A stretch of DNA of 64,000 bases from Octopus bimaculoides (taxonomy: Eukaryota). The DNA lies in assembly GCF_001194135.2 (NCBI RefSeq), contig NC_068989.1, positions 96,669,250 to 96,733,249 of the forward strand, read 5' to 3'. Below, one piece after another: positions 51,316 through 63,909 of the stretch (positions are counted from its first letter, which is position 1; each line of letters starts with the position of its first letter). A program made the translations under genes and the position numbers. The notes under the pieces were generated by a model. It worked only from the letters and a program-made list of their open reading frames with translations, was not told the DNA's origin and did no database searches.

Positions 51316-51915
51316 NNNNNNNNNNNNNNNNNNNNNNNNNNNNNNNNNNNNNNNNNNNNNNNNNNNNNNNNNNNNNNNNNNNNNNNNNNNNNNNNNNNNN
51401 NNNNNNNNNNNNNNNNNNNNNNNNNNNNNNNNNNNNNNNNNNNNNNNNNNNNNNNNNNNNNNNNNNNNNNNNNNNNNNNNNNNNNNNNNNNNNNNNNNNN
51501 NNNNNNNNNNNNNNNNNNNNNNNNNNNNNNNNNNNNNNNNNNNNNNNNNNNNNNNNNNNNNNNNNNNNNNNNNNNNNNNNNNNNNNNNNNNNNNNNNNNN
51601 NNNNNNNNNNNNNNNNNNNNNNNNNNNNNNNNNNNNNNNNNNNNNNNNNNNNNNNNNNNNNNNNNNNNNNNNNNNNNNNNNNNNNNNNNNNNNNNNNNNN
51701 NNNNNNNNNNNNNNNNNNNNNNNNNNNNNNNNNNNNNNNNNNNNNNNNNNNNNNNNNNNNNNNNNNNNNNNNNNNNNNNNNNNNNNNNNNNNNNNNNNNN
51801 NNNNNNNNNNNNNNNNNNNNNNNNNNNNNNNNNNNNNNNNNNNNNNNNNNNNNNNNNNNNNNNNNNNNNNNNNNNNNNNNNNNNNNNNNNNNNNNNNNNN
51901 NNNNNNNNNNNNNNN
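51316..51915. other. Assembly gap (600 N) flanked by low-complexity (TG/TA) DNA
   Basis: Direct reading. Confidence 0.95.
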
Positions 51916-52719
51916 AGCCATTCTTGAGTGTGTGTGTGTGAGTGTGAGTGTGCCTGTATGTTTATGTATGTATAAGGGTGTGCTTGGTGCAGTGTGTGTG
52001 TGTGTGTGTCTCTCAATATCCATGTGAATATCTGAGATGGCAGATAAATGTATTTGAGTATGTATGTTTACTTTAGTGTATATACGTGTGTGTGTGTGTA
52101 TTCGTGAGTGTGTAAATATTGTGTATGAAAGCATATATATATATATGTACTTATAAATTATCATGTTTCTAAATTATGTATGTGCAAGCTTTTGTATGTG
52201 TATATATTTATTAGTGTGTATGTTTGTTTGCATAAGCATGTATGTATATATTTGTGTGTATAAATTTAAATGTGTGTGTGTGTTTTTGTATGATTGTATA
52301 TATATACGTATAACCACTTGTACACACATGAATGCGTAAATGTGTGTGTGTGTGTGTGTGTGTATACACAAGTATTTATCATTATGTAAGTATTTGTGGG
52401 TGCCGATGTTTATTTATAGTTCTTTGATGTTTACAATGCAGAAATAATTGCTGTCTCTCTGATTTTAACATAATTTGGATATTTGCTATTGATTTTTTTC
52501 CAGACAAAATGTTTTAATTTTCATAGATATTTCAGTAGTATGGTGTTACATAACTCTAAGAAAATCACTTGCAATGCTGTCTGCAACTTGCAAAGCCCAT
52601 TAGCCATACACCATTTACCAACTTCTGAATGGAATTTAAGTTTGAACAAACAGTTCCCTAGATAGATGACAACTTGAAAAAAAAATAAAGTCATCTCGAT
52701 CTTGTTGTTACTGTTGTTG

Positions 52720-53580
52720 TTATCATCCTCATCTGCTTTATCATCATCATTATCATCATCATCATACAGGGTGACAGTGACTTTGTCTTCATCATTAGCA
52801 TCTTTGTCATCAATATATTTCTCCTTCTCAGCATCATCGTCATCATCGTCTTCATAACCATCATCATAACCATCAACACTCCTATCATCATCACCATAGT
52901 CATCATCATCATGATTATCTTCATAGTCATCATCATAGTTGGCATCATCATCATCGTCATCATCATCATCATCATCAATGACAACATAATCAGCAGCAGC
53001 TGGAGTAAGCCATGTGTCTCCTCCTCAACAGGATACCTCTTCCTGTCCTTCTGTCCTACTTCAGCCTCTTTCAACACTCACCACAGAGCCATCTCCCTCT
53101 ATACTGCACACACACCCCCACTCCCACTCGGTCAAGGGGTCTTGTCTTGCATCTTCCTTGGTGAACCTCACTAGTGCTGGTGCCTTGAGAAAGCATGCAC
53201 TACACCCTGTGAAGTGTTTAGGGTCAGGGTTCCCAGCTGTGGAACCCCTGCAACACTGGAGACCAATACAACCTTCTTGCTTGTCAGTTTCAGTTGAAGC
53301 ATCCAACCCATATCTGCACAGAATACACTCATTACATGATCACGATGGTGATGATGATGAATATCATTATTGTCAATGTTATCAGCAGCAGCAGCACTAT
53401 TAACATTGTCATGGTTAATAATATTGATTTCATAATATTCATCATCATTATCATCGTCTTTCATATCTTTATTATTATCATCCTCTTCATCATCATCATC
53501 ATCATCATCATTATCACTTACACAATCATCACTTGCACTTTTGTCAATATCATCATCAGCAGCAGCAGCAGCAGCACTGA
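52720..53580. repeat. (CAT)-rich degenerate trinucleotide tracts around a family A fragment (53170-53350)
   Basis: Direct reading. These tracts are the source of the poly-M/poly-I ORFs. Confidence 0.85.
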
Positions 53581-53789
53581 CGACCTCTATAAACTATGGG
53601 GGACATAATTACTCGCATCGCTATTTTTTACTTACTCATGAAAAACTCCTGCCAGTTTTTATAATTATTATTGTTGTTGATGTTGTTCATGATGTGCATG
53701 AATGCTTTACAATCAGAATCAGTGTCTTTGATGCTGTGTCGCAACTAGTTTCCTAAGATAACGAGGACTTTTCTTACAATCCTTTCTGA

Positions 53790-54430
53790 AGGTTTCTGAA
53801 TTCATGCAACACTTGTAGTTGGACCAGTCTCAAATTAGGAACTGGCAAGTTTCTTGGTGACAGTACTTAGAACACTTTTAACAACAACTTGGATTGCTTT
53901 TGTAGGAATCCACCAGAGTCTTTATATTTTCCCAACCAAATCCTGGTATTTTCCTATTTTCTCCTCTTCTTTTGCTGCTACATTCCTGTCTGCATATATA
54001 ACTACATTTACGGTGATGCATTCTTTTCTCCCTTTGTTCATGACCATAATATCTGGTCCCCTAGCAGGAATTTCACCATCAGTCTGTACATTAAAATCTT
54101 ATAAAAGCATGTACTGGTCGTTCTCTATTACACTTTCTGGTTGATGCTTGTACCATTTTCTTCCTACTTTAAATCCCCTTTGCCATAATATATCCCAGCG
54201 TAGTACCTTGGCCACACAGTTGTGTTGATATTCCTTGTGTGCCAAGGGACTACACAAACTTATCATGCACATTACAGATTCCACTTTCTCATTACATACT
54301 CTGAATTTTGCTCTTTTCATAGATTTGTCTTATTTTGGTCTTAATGCAATTCATCCACAATGACTGCTTCTGAGCAGCCATTATGAGTTTTCCCATTTCT
54401 TTCTTAAGCTCTCCATTCTTCAGTCATAAC
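53790..54430 (-). mobile_element. R4/Dong-like RLE retrotransposon 3' fragment
   Basis: The rc gives LAHKEYQHNCVAKVLRWDILWQRGFKVGRKWYKHQPESVIENDQYMLL and a KYQDL...W motif; homologous in type to 35190-35975. Confidence 0.75.
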
Positions 54431-54439
54431 CAAGAATCC

Positions 54440-56870
54440 TCTGCAACAGAATCACAGTTAGGTTTTTGATGCTACTCTGTTCCGAGCAGATATGCACAGC
54501 TTTCCAGCAGCGCTTTGTGGAGGGTGATGGGTTGACAATGGTAGTGAACTTTACTTCATACTTGGATGGCTTACCATGGCTCTTGGTAATGGATAAGAGA
54601 TTCTATGAAAAACAGATGATGACCACTGAAATACAGGAGGTGATGAGCAATTGCACAAATCACAAATTGCCTGGTTTGAGTGGTCAGCCTTATGAATTTT
54701 ATATTTGTGCCAAATTTGTTTGACAGCCTCTTGACTGATGTCTACTGTAACTGGCAGCAGAATGGGAGAATTCCTGGTGCTGTTAGCCAGGATGTAGTAA
54801 TACTGCTGAGAAAGGATACCAACAATAGGGGTATGCTAGGGGAATTTTCAGCCCATGACTCTGCTGAACACAGAGTTTAAGATTTTGGCCAAGGTGTTAG
54901 TGAAAAGGTTGATGCTTGTCATCAGTAGTCTGGTCAGGTAGGCATAAACATGTGCGAGCCCAAACAGGTCTATCCATTACAACTTCCACTTTATGTGATA
55001 CATCATAGAGGGGACTGAGACTAAATCTGGCTTTGGTGGGGCCCTGATCAATTTAGATTAGTTGAAAGCATTTGATAAGGTCAAACATTGCTATTTGGAA
55101 ACTGTCCTTAAAGCAGCCGGTTTCAGAGGCTGGATTGCTGAAATGTACAGTGGCACCTGCTTGGTGGTCAAAGTAAACAGCCACCTATTGAAACCATTTC
55201 ACATCGCACTTTCAGTCTGTCAGAGCTGCCTGATGTCACTTCTTCTGCATATGCTGGCTCTCAAGCCACTGCTGCAGAAGTTGGAACAGTTAAGGGGGTT
55301 CCCTTTCAAAGTGGAGGGCAGTGTTGGCATATACAGATGATGTCCCCATCATGGTGTCAAACGCCTCCAAAGTGGAGACAGTTGGCTCCATTGTAAAGGA
55401 ATATGAGTCATTTGCAGGGGCCACAATCAACAAGTTTGTGGGACTGCGACTGGGCAGCACCTGGAGAGAGCAGATCATTGGCTACAGGACTGATGGACCA
55501 GTTAAACTGCTTAGGGTCTAGTTTGGTCCTGACCCCCAGGTGGATAAGAATTGGGATGAAATGACAAATAAGGTGGCCAGTCTTACCCAGAAATGGACAG
55601 AGAGGAAGCTGTCCCTGAAAGGTTGGGCAGAGGTAGCAAATGTTTACATCACCTCCAGCATCATTTATCACCTGACCTTTGTGCTTTGTCCCAGTTACTG
55701 CTTCATTAGGTTGGAGCATCTCTTGTTTATTTTCTTGTGGAAGGGACACATTGTAATGGTCAAGCAGTCCATCTACTGCCAGCTCCCTCTGCATGGTGGC
55801 TTAGGCATGCCATGGCTTTTGATGCAGAAACATGAACTCAGGCTGCACCACCTGCAATGATTTCTAGATGTGAAATATGTTTGTGAGACACGTCTTTCTG
55901 GATCTCATCACTTTGACGGAACTGCAAAGGATAGACCAAGACCAGGTGCCCTGGCACCGAGAATGTTGTCAGGCACTCACTGTCCTCTACAAGTTGGGCA
56001 ATAGAATCAGTGGACATTCCACTTTAGTTATATGTAGAGGGTTAGTGGCATGGAAGTGCAACGATGTCCTTGAAGAGACCCTGGGCATCAGTGAAAACAA
56101 ACTGGCTAGTCTGTTCCGGAGGACTCTGTGGTCAGGGACTGCTATGGATAATTTCTGGATTTTTTTGGCCTGGCAGTGATACTAGAAAGTGGGGCCAAAG
56201 TACGCAACCAGTTTATGATAAACTCTACATGCACAGATGCACTGTCAGGCAGGTTTGTCTGAGGTGCATGCTGAGCGATGAAACCATTCTGCATGCACTC
56301 GTTCAGTGTCCAGGCATTGCTGACTTGTGGAGTTATGTGAAACAGCTGCTGTTGCATGTGGGATGTGTCTATAGTGATTGCCCCACCACCCTACTTAATC
56401 AGACAGGCAAGGCAGTTTTCCTTTACCTGGTGGCTGTGGTGAAAGAGGGTGTTTAGTGGACGAGTCTGAGAGGAATGAGAACAGAGACATTCCTCTTTGG
56501 TAAAGCCCTCGTTGAGTTTTTCAAGTTTCATTTGAAAGAGAAAGTGAGTTCATTGAAAAGTGGGTGAAAGATGCAAAACTGGCAAGAGTGGACGGTACCA
56601 CTTTAAGTGAAGACTTGTGTGTCAGAAGAAAGGAGTTGGAAAGTTGTCCTTGGAGATCTTGGATGATGGGGTTCCTCGATTATTCCTATTGCTTTCTTTT
56701 TTTTTCTTCTTACTGTCATATTCCATGTGTACTTCCCATCTTTTAATGTATACTATGCATACTTTTCTTTTTTTTTTTTAATCATTCCATTTCATGTAAA
56801 ACCCCACATTTTATGTCTCTCTCTCTCTCTTTGTATTGTCCCCCTCATCCTTCGCCCTGGTGGGAAAGAA
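54440..56870 (+). mobile_element. Tx1/L1-clade LINE ORF2 remnant (RT plus C-terminal zinc region) with 3' UTR
   Basis: KLPGLSGQPYEFY; KAFDKVKHCYLETVLKAAGF; LALKPLLQKL; AYTDD; PVKLLRV; CLRCMLSDETILHALVQC. Followed by an (ATT)n tail. Confidence 0.85.
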
Positions 56871-56875
56871 AAGAA

Positions 56876-56877
<2 letters not shown>

Positions 56878-56940
<63 letters not shown>
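56878..56940. repeat. (ATT)n microsatellite at the 3' end of the Tx1-like element
   Basis: Direct reading. Confidence 0.95.
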
Positions 56941-58577
56941 GTGGGGAAACTAAAATGAAATGAGATCTCAGATAATCCAAACAGGCAAATTTTTATATTC
57001 TCACTCTCGATGAACTTAAGCCATTTGTATGAGAAAGAGAATAAAAAAAACATAGAGAACAAGTCTGCTCAAGATACATATCTTTACTACCACCACCATC
57101 ATCATCATCATCATCATCATCAGTACGTTGTTATGATCACAATCCAAACCCAACTATCACTAACATCATCATCATCATCACCACCATCGTTGACAGCAGT
57201 ATGAGGCCTTACATTGTAAGATCTGATATTTTTGCAATTTCTCCTTTTTTTTTTTTTTTTGGTACATCATATCATTGGTTTGCTGCAACTCTACTTTATG
57301 TTGCACTTTAAGTAAAACAAAACACTCATGCCAAAAAATACTGAGCAAAGTTGTGGATTTTTCAGCTTCAGTTCTGGTTCGCCATCAAGGAGGCAGAAAT
57401 ACTATAATACAGGATAAAAAGAGACTCTCTCTCTCGTCCTTCTGCAGACAACCTGTCTTGTACTGGGGTATGATGGATAAATTACTCCTTGTTCACATTG
57501 TGAAGTGATTGGGGATAAGGACATCCAGTTTTAAAAAAGCTGAAAAATGAAAGGAACAAACTGAAAGAAATGGGTATCTGGCCACCCAGGAGGGAAATAA
57601 CTCTGGAAGGACAACTGAAGTGAAGATTCTTTATGGAAAACGGATGTTAAACAATGATGATGATGAAGTAACTATATGAACCTCTAAACCTAAAAAAAAT
57701 AAAGATATATATGGACAAAAGACTATAGAAGTTCAAAAATAGAATATTATAAATAAAAATAGAAGTAACATAGAAGTATATCACATTAATTTGAATACCT
57801 TTGAATTGGAAGAGAAATGTGCAACCAAATACAAATATTTAAATAAAGACAAAAAAGGAAAGGGAAAAGAGATTTAAAGGTTTCTACAGGTGTGAAAATT
57901 TAGCAAAATATTTGGTAAATTAGATAATCCTAATATAAAGATAATAAATAAAAGGATTCTTTAAAATTCTTATATTTATTGATGAAATGCTATCTCTTGT
58001 GAAAATAAAAGTTAAAATAATCCAAATTAGAGTGTGAAGTAAAAACAAAAGACAAAAATCTAAGAACAAAATCATTTTATAACTTAATAATTCATTTTTG
58101 TAATAATTTTGAATGTGTTTTAATTAGAGAAATAACATCTGTACAAGAACACAGAAAGATAAACCACACACACAAAAAAAAAACCAACACACACAATATT
58201 TTGTTGCATTAATAAGAAATAAAATAGAAATAAATGCAAAACTGTGTGAAGACTGATGCTTTAAGAATTGGTAAAATATCTCGTGCTGGGTAATTCCATT
58301 GACTGCAATTCAGGAAGAACACTGGATATACCAACATTGATATGACATATATTTTAGATTGCATTTATTATGTCTTATTAACTTTCCATAATTATTAATT
58401 AATGATGAGGTGGTGAACTTGTAGAATTGTTAAACTATTGGATTAAATACCTTGCTTTATTTCTTCTGATTCTTTATATTCTGAGTTCCAACACTATCCA
58501 AAGTGCCACATAGTGAGATTGAACCCAAACCTGTGTGAATGTGGAGTGAACTTCTTAACCACACCACTATACCTGGG

Positions 58578-58578
<1 letters not shown>

Positions 58579-58661
<83 letters not shown>
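58579..58661. repeat. (TA)n microsatellite next to a family C head (58480-58578, minus strand)
   Basis: Direct reading. Confidence 0.95.
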
Positions 58662-58664
<3 letters not shown>

Positions 58665-59517
58665 TGATAAACAAGACAAATTTTAGCCATGCTGTAAAGG
58701 TGTAATGTGATTAGGCATTGACAATGTAAACAAATGTAATTTGTATTGTTTATCATTAGATATATATTACAATGTCTTATACACACTTCCTAGGGAAACC
58801 TTAATTGTTTGATTCCACCGAATCAAGGTTTGAGACTTCACTTATCAGATGTTAGTAAAAGAGCACATGTTGTTGGTCGGGTGAGGATGGGAACTAAAGG
58901 AATTGGGGATTATCTGAGAAATAATTGCAATATTTATGGAGACAAAGCTCTTGGTTTGTATCAGTAAACCATTTATAGCTTCGTTTGAAAGAAAGAGAGA
59001 GAAAGCTAATTGTCATTGTTGTATGTTATGTTAATCAGTGTGTCGATGCCTGTATAGCAAGGTAGAGAGAGCGAGACGGACAGACAGAGAAAATATAATG
59101 GTGATGAAGGTATAGAAGTGCCATCTTCCCTCTGCTGCACTTCTTCATTTCAAACCAATCCAGCATGGATAATCCAGCATGGATAATCTCTCAATCTTCT
59201 GTAATTTTCACAAATATTAAAGTAAGCATGAAATTGTTTGCTGCTCCCTTACATTTTTATTTTATTTATCTTTTTTTTTTTTTGTTTATCAACACTAAAT
59301 CTATCACCGCTAACCACTATCACCACATTTAACACTACTACTACCACCACTACCACCACCACCACCACCACCACCACCACCATCACCACCATCATCATCA
59401 TCATCATCACCACCAGAATCATCACTTATTATCAATCTTTTACTCATTGCCTATTAATGGCCACATCCTTGCTAAATTTAACACTGAATGAGCGAAGATA
59501 TTTCTATGTGATTATAG

Positions 59518-59601
59518 CAATGATAAAGCTGATAAAACGGTTACACTCTGCTGAAAGCAGCAATGTTGAAACTATGAATAAACTTCTGCATTCCTTATAT
59601 G
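59518..59601 (+). CDS. Candidate internal exon (AMIKLIKRLHSAESSNVETMNKLLHSLYG)
   Basis: tttctatgtgattatag| acceptor, ATG|gtaacg donor, 84 nt, single open frame, phase 1-1. Confidence 0.3.
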
Positions 59602-59989
59602 GTAACGGCTGCTGACACTGTTAGCTCTTGCCATATATTTATGAAATTATTTAGCATTAAATGCAGTTATTAGTTAATTAACAAATTGAATCCCTGGAAT
59701 ATTTTCTGTTAATACTTTAAAATTATTTTACACGTCTGAATGCTCCTGTAACCACAGAATACATTGCTTGCTTAAAATGAACGACTGTAGTAAACAAGCA
59801 AGCACAAGAGAGCAAGAAGCACTTTTCACAGTCACTCACAGACATGCTCCCTCCAGTCTCATGCACGAAAGGGCTGGTAATCTAGAATACAGTAGCAGTT
59901 GTAGTTCTGACATGATCCATAGAATTCATGGAGCTTGTTTCCTAGTGTCCAAGACATATAATAGTGACCAAGGTCACAGCATTCCACTC

Positions 59990-61830
59990 TAAATTGAATG
60001 CCAGTCCATTGCAAGGCACTCGATTGAAGACTTTCTCTAGATCTCAAGTATAAGGGTTTATTCTTTGCTAAGTACTTCTCTTGTGGTTGCCTGACTATCA
60101 AAATAGTGTCAGTAGTGCTCCTTCCCCAGACAAAGCCAAACTGCACTTCTTCTAATCTAATTCTGCTCCTAATTAATTGGGCTATAACTCTCCTGGTCCA
60201 GGAGTTTGATGCCTCTATAATTGCTTCTATCTTAAGCACCACCCTTACTCTGATGACAGTTATGCTGCTTTGCCAGTCACTGGGTCTTACACATCCCTAG
60301 ATGACCTGATTAACTCTGCTGGTGACCAGCCTGTATCCTACCTTGCTGAATATTATGAGCATCTCAGCTGTGATTCCAGATGGACCAGGGGCTTTCCAAG
60401 TTTCCATGTATTTAATTGCATTATCTACCATACTGTTGTCCACTAGGATAGCTGGTCCCTCTGTTGATTTCACATGAGGGAGACTCCCTTTGTCCCATTC
60501 ATTCTCTACATTCAACAGTCTTGCATAGTAAGTTTTCCATGCCTTTTTTCTTGTCCACATCATTACGCGCAAGCATTCCATTATCCATCCACACACACTT
60601 CTCTCCAACAATATCTCAATTCTCACTGACACCCTGCTCTAGCAATCCAAATCACATCAAATCTTTGATCTTTGCACTGTAGGACATTGGCAAACCTCTT
60701 CTTTTCTGCTAGACAGATTGATGCCTAGCCTCCCTTTCAGCCCTTTCATATGATTCTGTGCTGCGGCCCCCTCTGTGAATGTTATTGTTCTGCTACTACA
60801 TCATCCTTGGTCTGGCAGAGGTTTTGCTCCAACCACAAACTTGCTCTGTTGCCATTAATAGATTGTTCTGTAGGAACTTCCAGATGTCCTCTACATCATA
60901 TGTCTCTATCTCTCCCTCTTTCTCATTGAAGGCCTCATTAAGGACATCTCTAAATCTCTGCCTGTTTTAAAGGATCTTTGAGCTTCCCCAACCTCCTTTT
61001 CCATATTGGATTGCATCTCAGGATCTTTCTGGCCCTAAGCCTGAAGTCACTAACCACTAACTTATGTTGAGTTGTACATTCTTTCTCTGGCAAATATTTT
61101 GCATTTATGAGCATATATCTATCCCCGTGTCTAGTGAGGATGTAGTCAATCTGGTTGGTGTATCCCCCAGATTGCTAAGTGGTCAGATGGTTGACCTAGT
61201 TTCTGAAGCTGGAGTTGCCGACCAGTAAGCCACGAACGAGCATTGCAAATCTCCAGCAGCCTTGCTATTCCTCATTTCTGGAGTGAAAGCCGTAGCTGTC
61301 ATGCACCACACTGAAATCCATTGAAGTGTTTTCCAACATGTCTGTTGGAGTCCCCATGTCCATTGACAAGAGCGTCATTGTCTTTCATTGTTGAGTTAGT
61401 CCTCAGAAGAGATTTGTAGAAGTGGTCCTTCGACATATCTGCAAGTCTGGCATGTGGAGCATATGCAGAAATAACTGACACAGTTACATCAAACAAATAA
61501 TCCCATCGCTAAATCCTGACTACCTCAATCACCTTATCCACACTAGGTACACATAGGTACTAGGAGAGTACCTATGCCACCTTGACCTTCATTGCTGCCT
61601 AACCATAAAAATTGTATCTATGCCCTTTGCCCATAAACTGTCTAACTCTATCATACCTCTTGGACAGCATACATCTACATGTCTCTGCTCAAGCATCTCA
61701 ACTATCTCTCTAGACCTACCTTTCATAGTACCAACACTGATTGTGCCAACACTGATTGTGCCAACATTGATTGTGCCAACATTGATTGTGCCAGCTCTGA
61801 GCTTGGAGAACTGGAAAGAAGTTCAGGATG
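59990..61830 (-). mobile_element. RTE-clade LINE: APE endonuclease through the first half of RT, degenerate
   Basis: LRAGTINV...GRSREIVEMLEQRHVDVCC; VISAYAPH...GDSNRHVG; KAPGPSGITAEML; QFGFVWGRSTTDTILIVRQPQEKYLAKNKPLY. Confidence 0.85.
61730..61792. repeat. 15-bp tandem repeat (~4.2 units) inside the RTE APE coding region
   Basis: (ccaacaYtgattgtg)n; on the minus strand it reads GTINV GTINV GTISV GTISV GTMKG. Confidence 0.9.
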
Positions 61831-61835
61831 AAAAC

Positions 61836-62741
61836 CTTTGGGGCCACGTGCTTAGCTAGAGAAAAATCTTTGGGGCCACATGCTTAGCTAGAGAAAAATC
61901 TTTGGGGCCACATGCTTAGCTAGAGAAAGATCTTTGGGGCCACATGCTTAGCTAGAGAAAAATCTTTGGGGCCACATGCTTAGCTAGAGAAAANNNNNNN
62001 NNNNNNNNNNNNNNNNNNNNNNNNNNNNNNNNNNNNNNNNNNNNNNNNNNNNNNNNNNNNNNNNNNNNNNNNNNNNNNNNNNNNNNNNNNNNNNNNNNNN
62101 NNNNNNNNNNNNNNNNNNNNNNNNNNNNNNNNNNNNNNNNNNNNNNNNNNNNNNNNNNNNNNNNNNNNNNNNNNNNNNNNNNNNNNNNNNNNNNNNNNNN
62201 NNNNNNNNNNNNNNNNNNNNNNNNNNNNNNNNNNNNNNNNNNNNNNNNNNNNNNNNNNNNNNNNNNNNNNNNNNNNNNNNNNNNNNNNNNNNNNNNNNNN
62301 NNNNNNNNNNNNNNNNNNNNNNNNNNNNNNNNNNNNNNNNNNNNNNNNNNNNNNNNNNNNNNNNNNNNNNNNNNNNNNNNNNNNNNNNNNNNNNNNNNNN
62401 NNNNNNNNNNNNNNNNNNNNNNNNNNNNNNNNNNNNNNNNNNNNNNNNNNNNNNNNNNNNNNNNNNNNNNNNNNNNNNNNNNNNNNNNNNNNNNNNNNNN
62501 NNNNNNNNNNNNNNNNNNNNNNNNNNNNNNNNNNNNNNNNNNNNNNNNNNNNNNNNNNNNNNNNNNNNNNNNNNNNNNNNNNNNNNNNNNNNNNNNNNNN
62601 NNNNNNNNNNNNNNNNNNNNNNNNNNNNNNNNNNNNNNNNNNNNNNNNNNNNNNNNNNNNNNNNNNNNNNNGTGCTTAGCTAGAGAAAAATCTTTGGGGC
62701 CACATGCTTAGCTAGAGAAAAATCTTTGGGGCCACATGCTT
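61836..62741. repeat. 32-bp minisatellite (TTTGGGGCCACATGCTTAGCTAGAGAAAAATC)n; N gap 61994-62671
   Basis: About 5 plus about 2 near-perfect head-to-tail units visible, with no spacers. Confidence 0.95.
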
Positions 62742-62824
62742 TGTTAGAGAAATAATGTTACAATTTTAGTTTTAAAATTTCTTCAGTCCTAGAGCCTAGA
62801 TAATATTTTACTAAAACATATATA

Positions 62825-63265
62825 CACATTTATACATATATGTATGTGAGGCAAAGTGGTTGAGTTCATTTTGAGCATTGGGCCTCACAGAGTCAAAATG
62901 GCTTCGTTCCTTTCGAGTGTTGGGCCTCATGGAGGCAATGACCAAGACCTTTGGCATTATGTAGTGCTTGAGCAAAATCAAGCCAAGCAAAATCACAATC
63001 ATATCAGATACCAGTGTCACACAAATTAGCACCTGTGCCGGTGGCACATAAATGCATCTTGGTGTCATGCAAATGGCACGCATGCCAGTGGCACATAAAA
63101 GCACCCATTACACTCTCAGAGTGGTTGACATTAGGAAGGGCATCCAGCCATAGAAACCATGCCAATTCAGACTGGAGTCTGGTGCAGCCTTCCAGCTTGC
63201 GAGTCCTGGTCAAACCGTCCAACCCATGCCAGCATGGAAAAAACAGACGTTAAATGATGATGATA
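62825..63265 (+). mobile_element. Long family A copy including RTE 3' ORF sequence
   Basis: gtgttgggcctcatggaggcaatgac (as in the RTE copies at 17697 and 41380), then ggtggcacataaaagcaccc...gacgttaaatgatgatg. Confidence 0.8.
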
Positions 63266-63383
63266 ATGATATAGATAGATAGTTAGGTAGATAGATAGAA
63301 ATATATATATGTATATTTGTGTATATATACACACGCATATTGTATGTGTATGCATATACATATAAATATAAGTATGTGGAAGT

Positions 63384-63431
<48 letters not shown>

Positions 63432-63481
63432 ACTTTTTCTCGTGTTTTTTATTTTTCAACTTTGTTTCTTTTTTTCAGTAG

Positions 63482-63507
63482 GAGTAGCGTCTATTAAGGA
63501 CAACTGA
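63482..63507 (+). CDS. Possible terminal coding exon (G-VASIKDN*)
   Basis: Long polypyrimidine tract plus a CAG/TAG tandem acceptor. The phase fits 59518-59601. Very short, so support is weak. Confidence 0.15.
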
Positions 63508-63862
63508 ATTTTACTAAATGTGGATGAATGAGGTGAAAATATACGAAAAACACAAATGAGATAAACATGTTATGAATAGAGTAATTATGAGAAGCTGTAT
63601 GAATAAGGTAAAAGATGTATGAATCTGAAAGATGTAGCTATAAACATCAAAGGAGGAATAATAATAGTAATGATAATAATAATGATAAATAAATAAATAA
63701 ATAAATAAATGAATAAAACAACCAAAAGGCAAAAAAATGATATTCAGATAAAAACCATTGAATCAAATCTTCAAGGAAAGTAATCACTGACAGTACTTTC
63801 CACTGTGAATATAGCTTGGAAAAACACTGCGGAAACTGATTTGAAAAACAAAGTGAAAAATA

Positions 63863-63909
<47 letters not shown>

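Noticed and set aside
52691-53608. Met-, Ile- and His-rich ORFs (also 19037-19234, 57010-57204 and 59238-59420)
   Set aside because: Translations of (CAT)n/(ACC)n tracts; no independent coding evidence.
61836-62741. 32-bp repeat length suggests a CRISPR direct repeat
   Set aside because: Units are head-to-tail with no spacers, there are no cas genes, and the context is eukaryotic.
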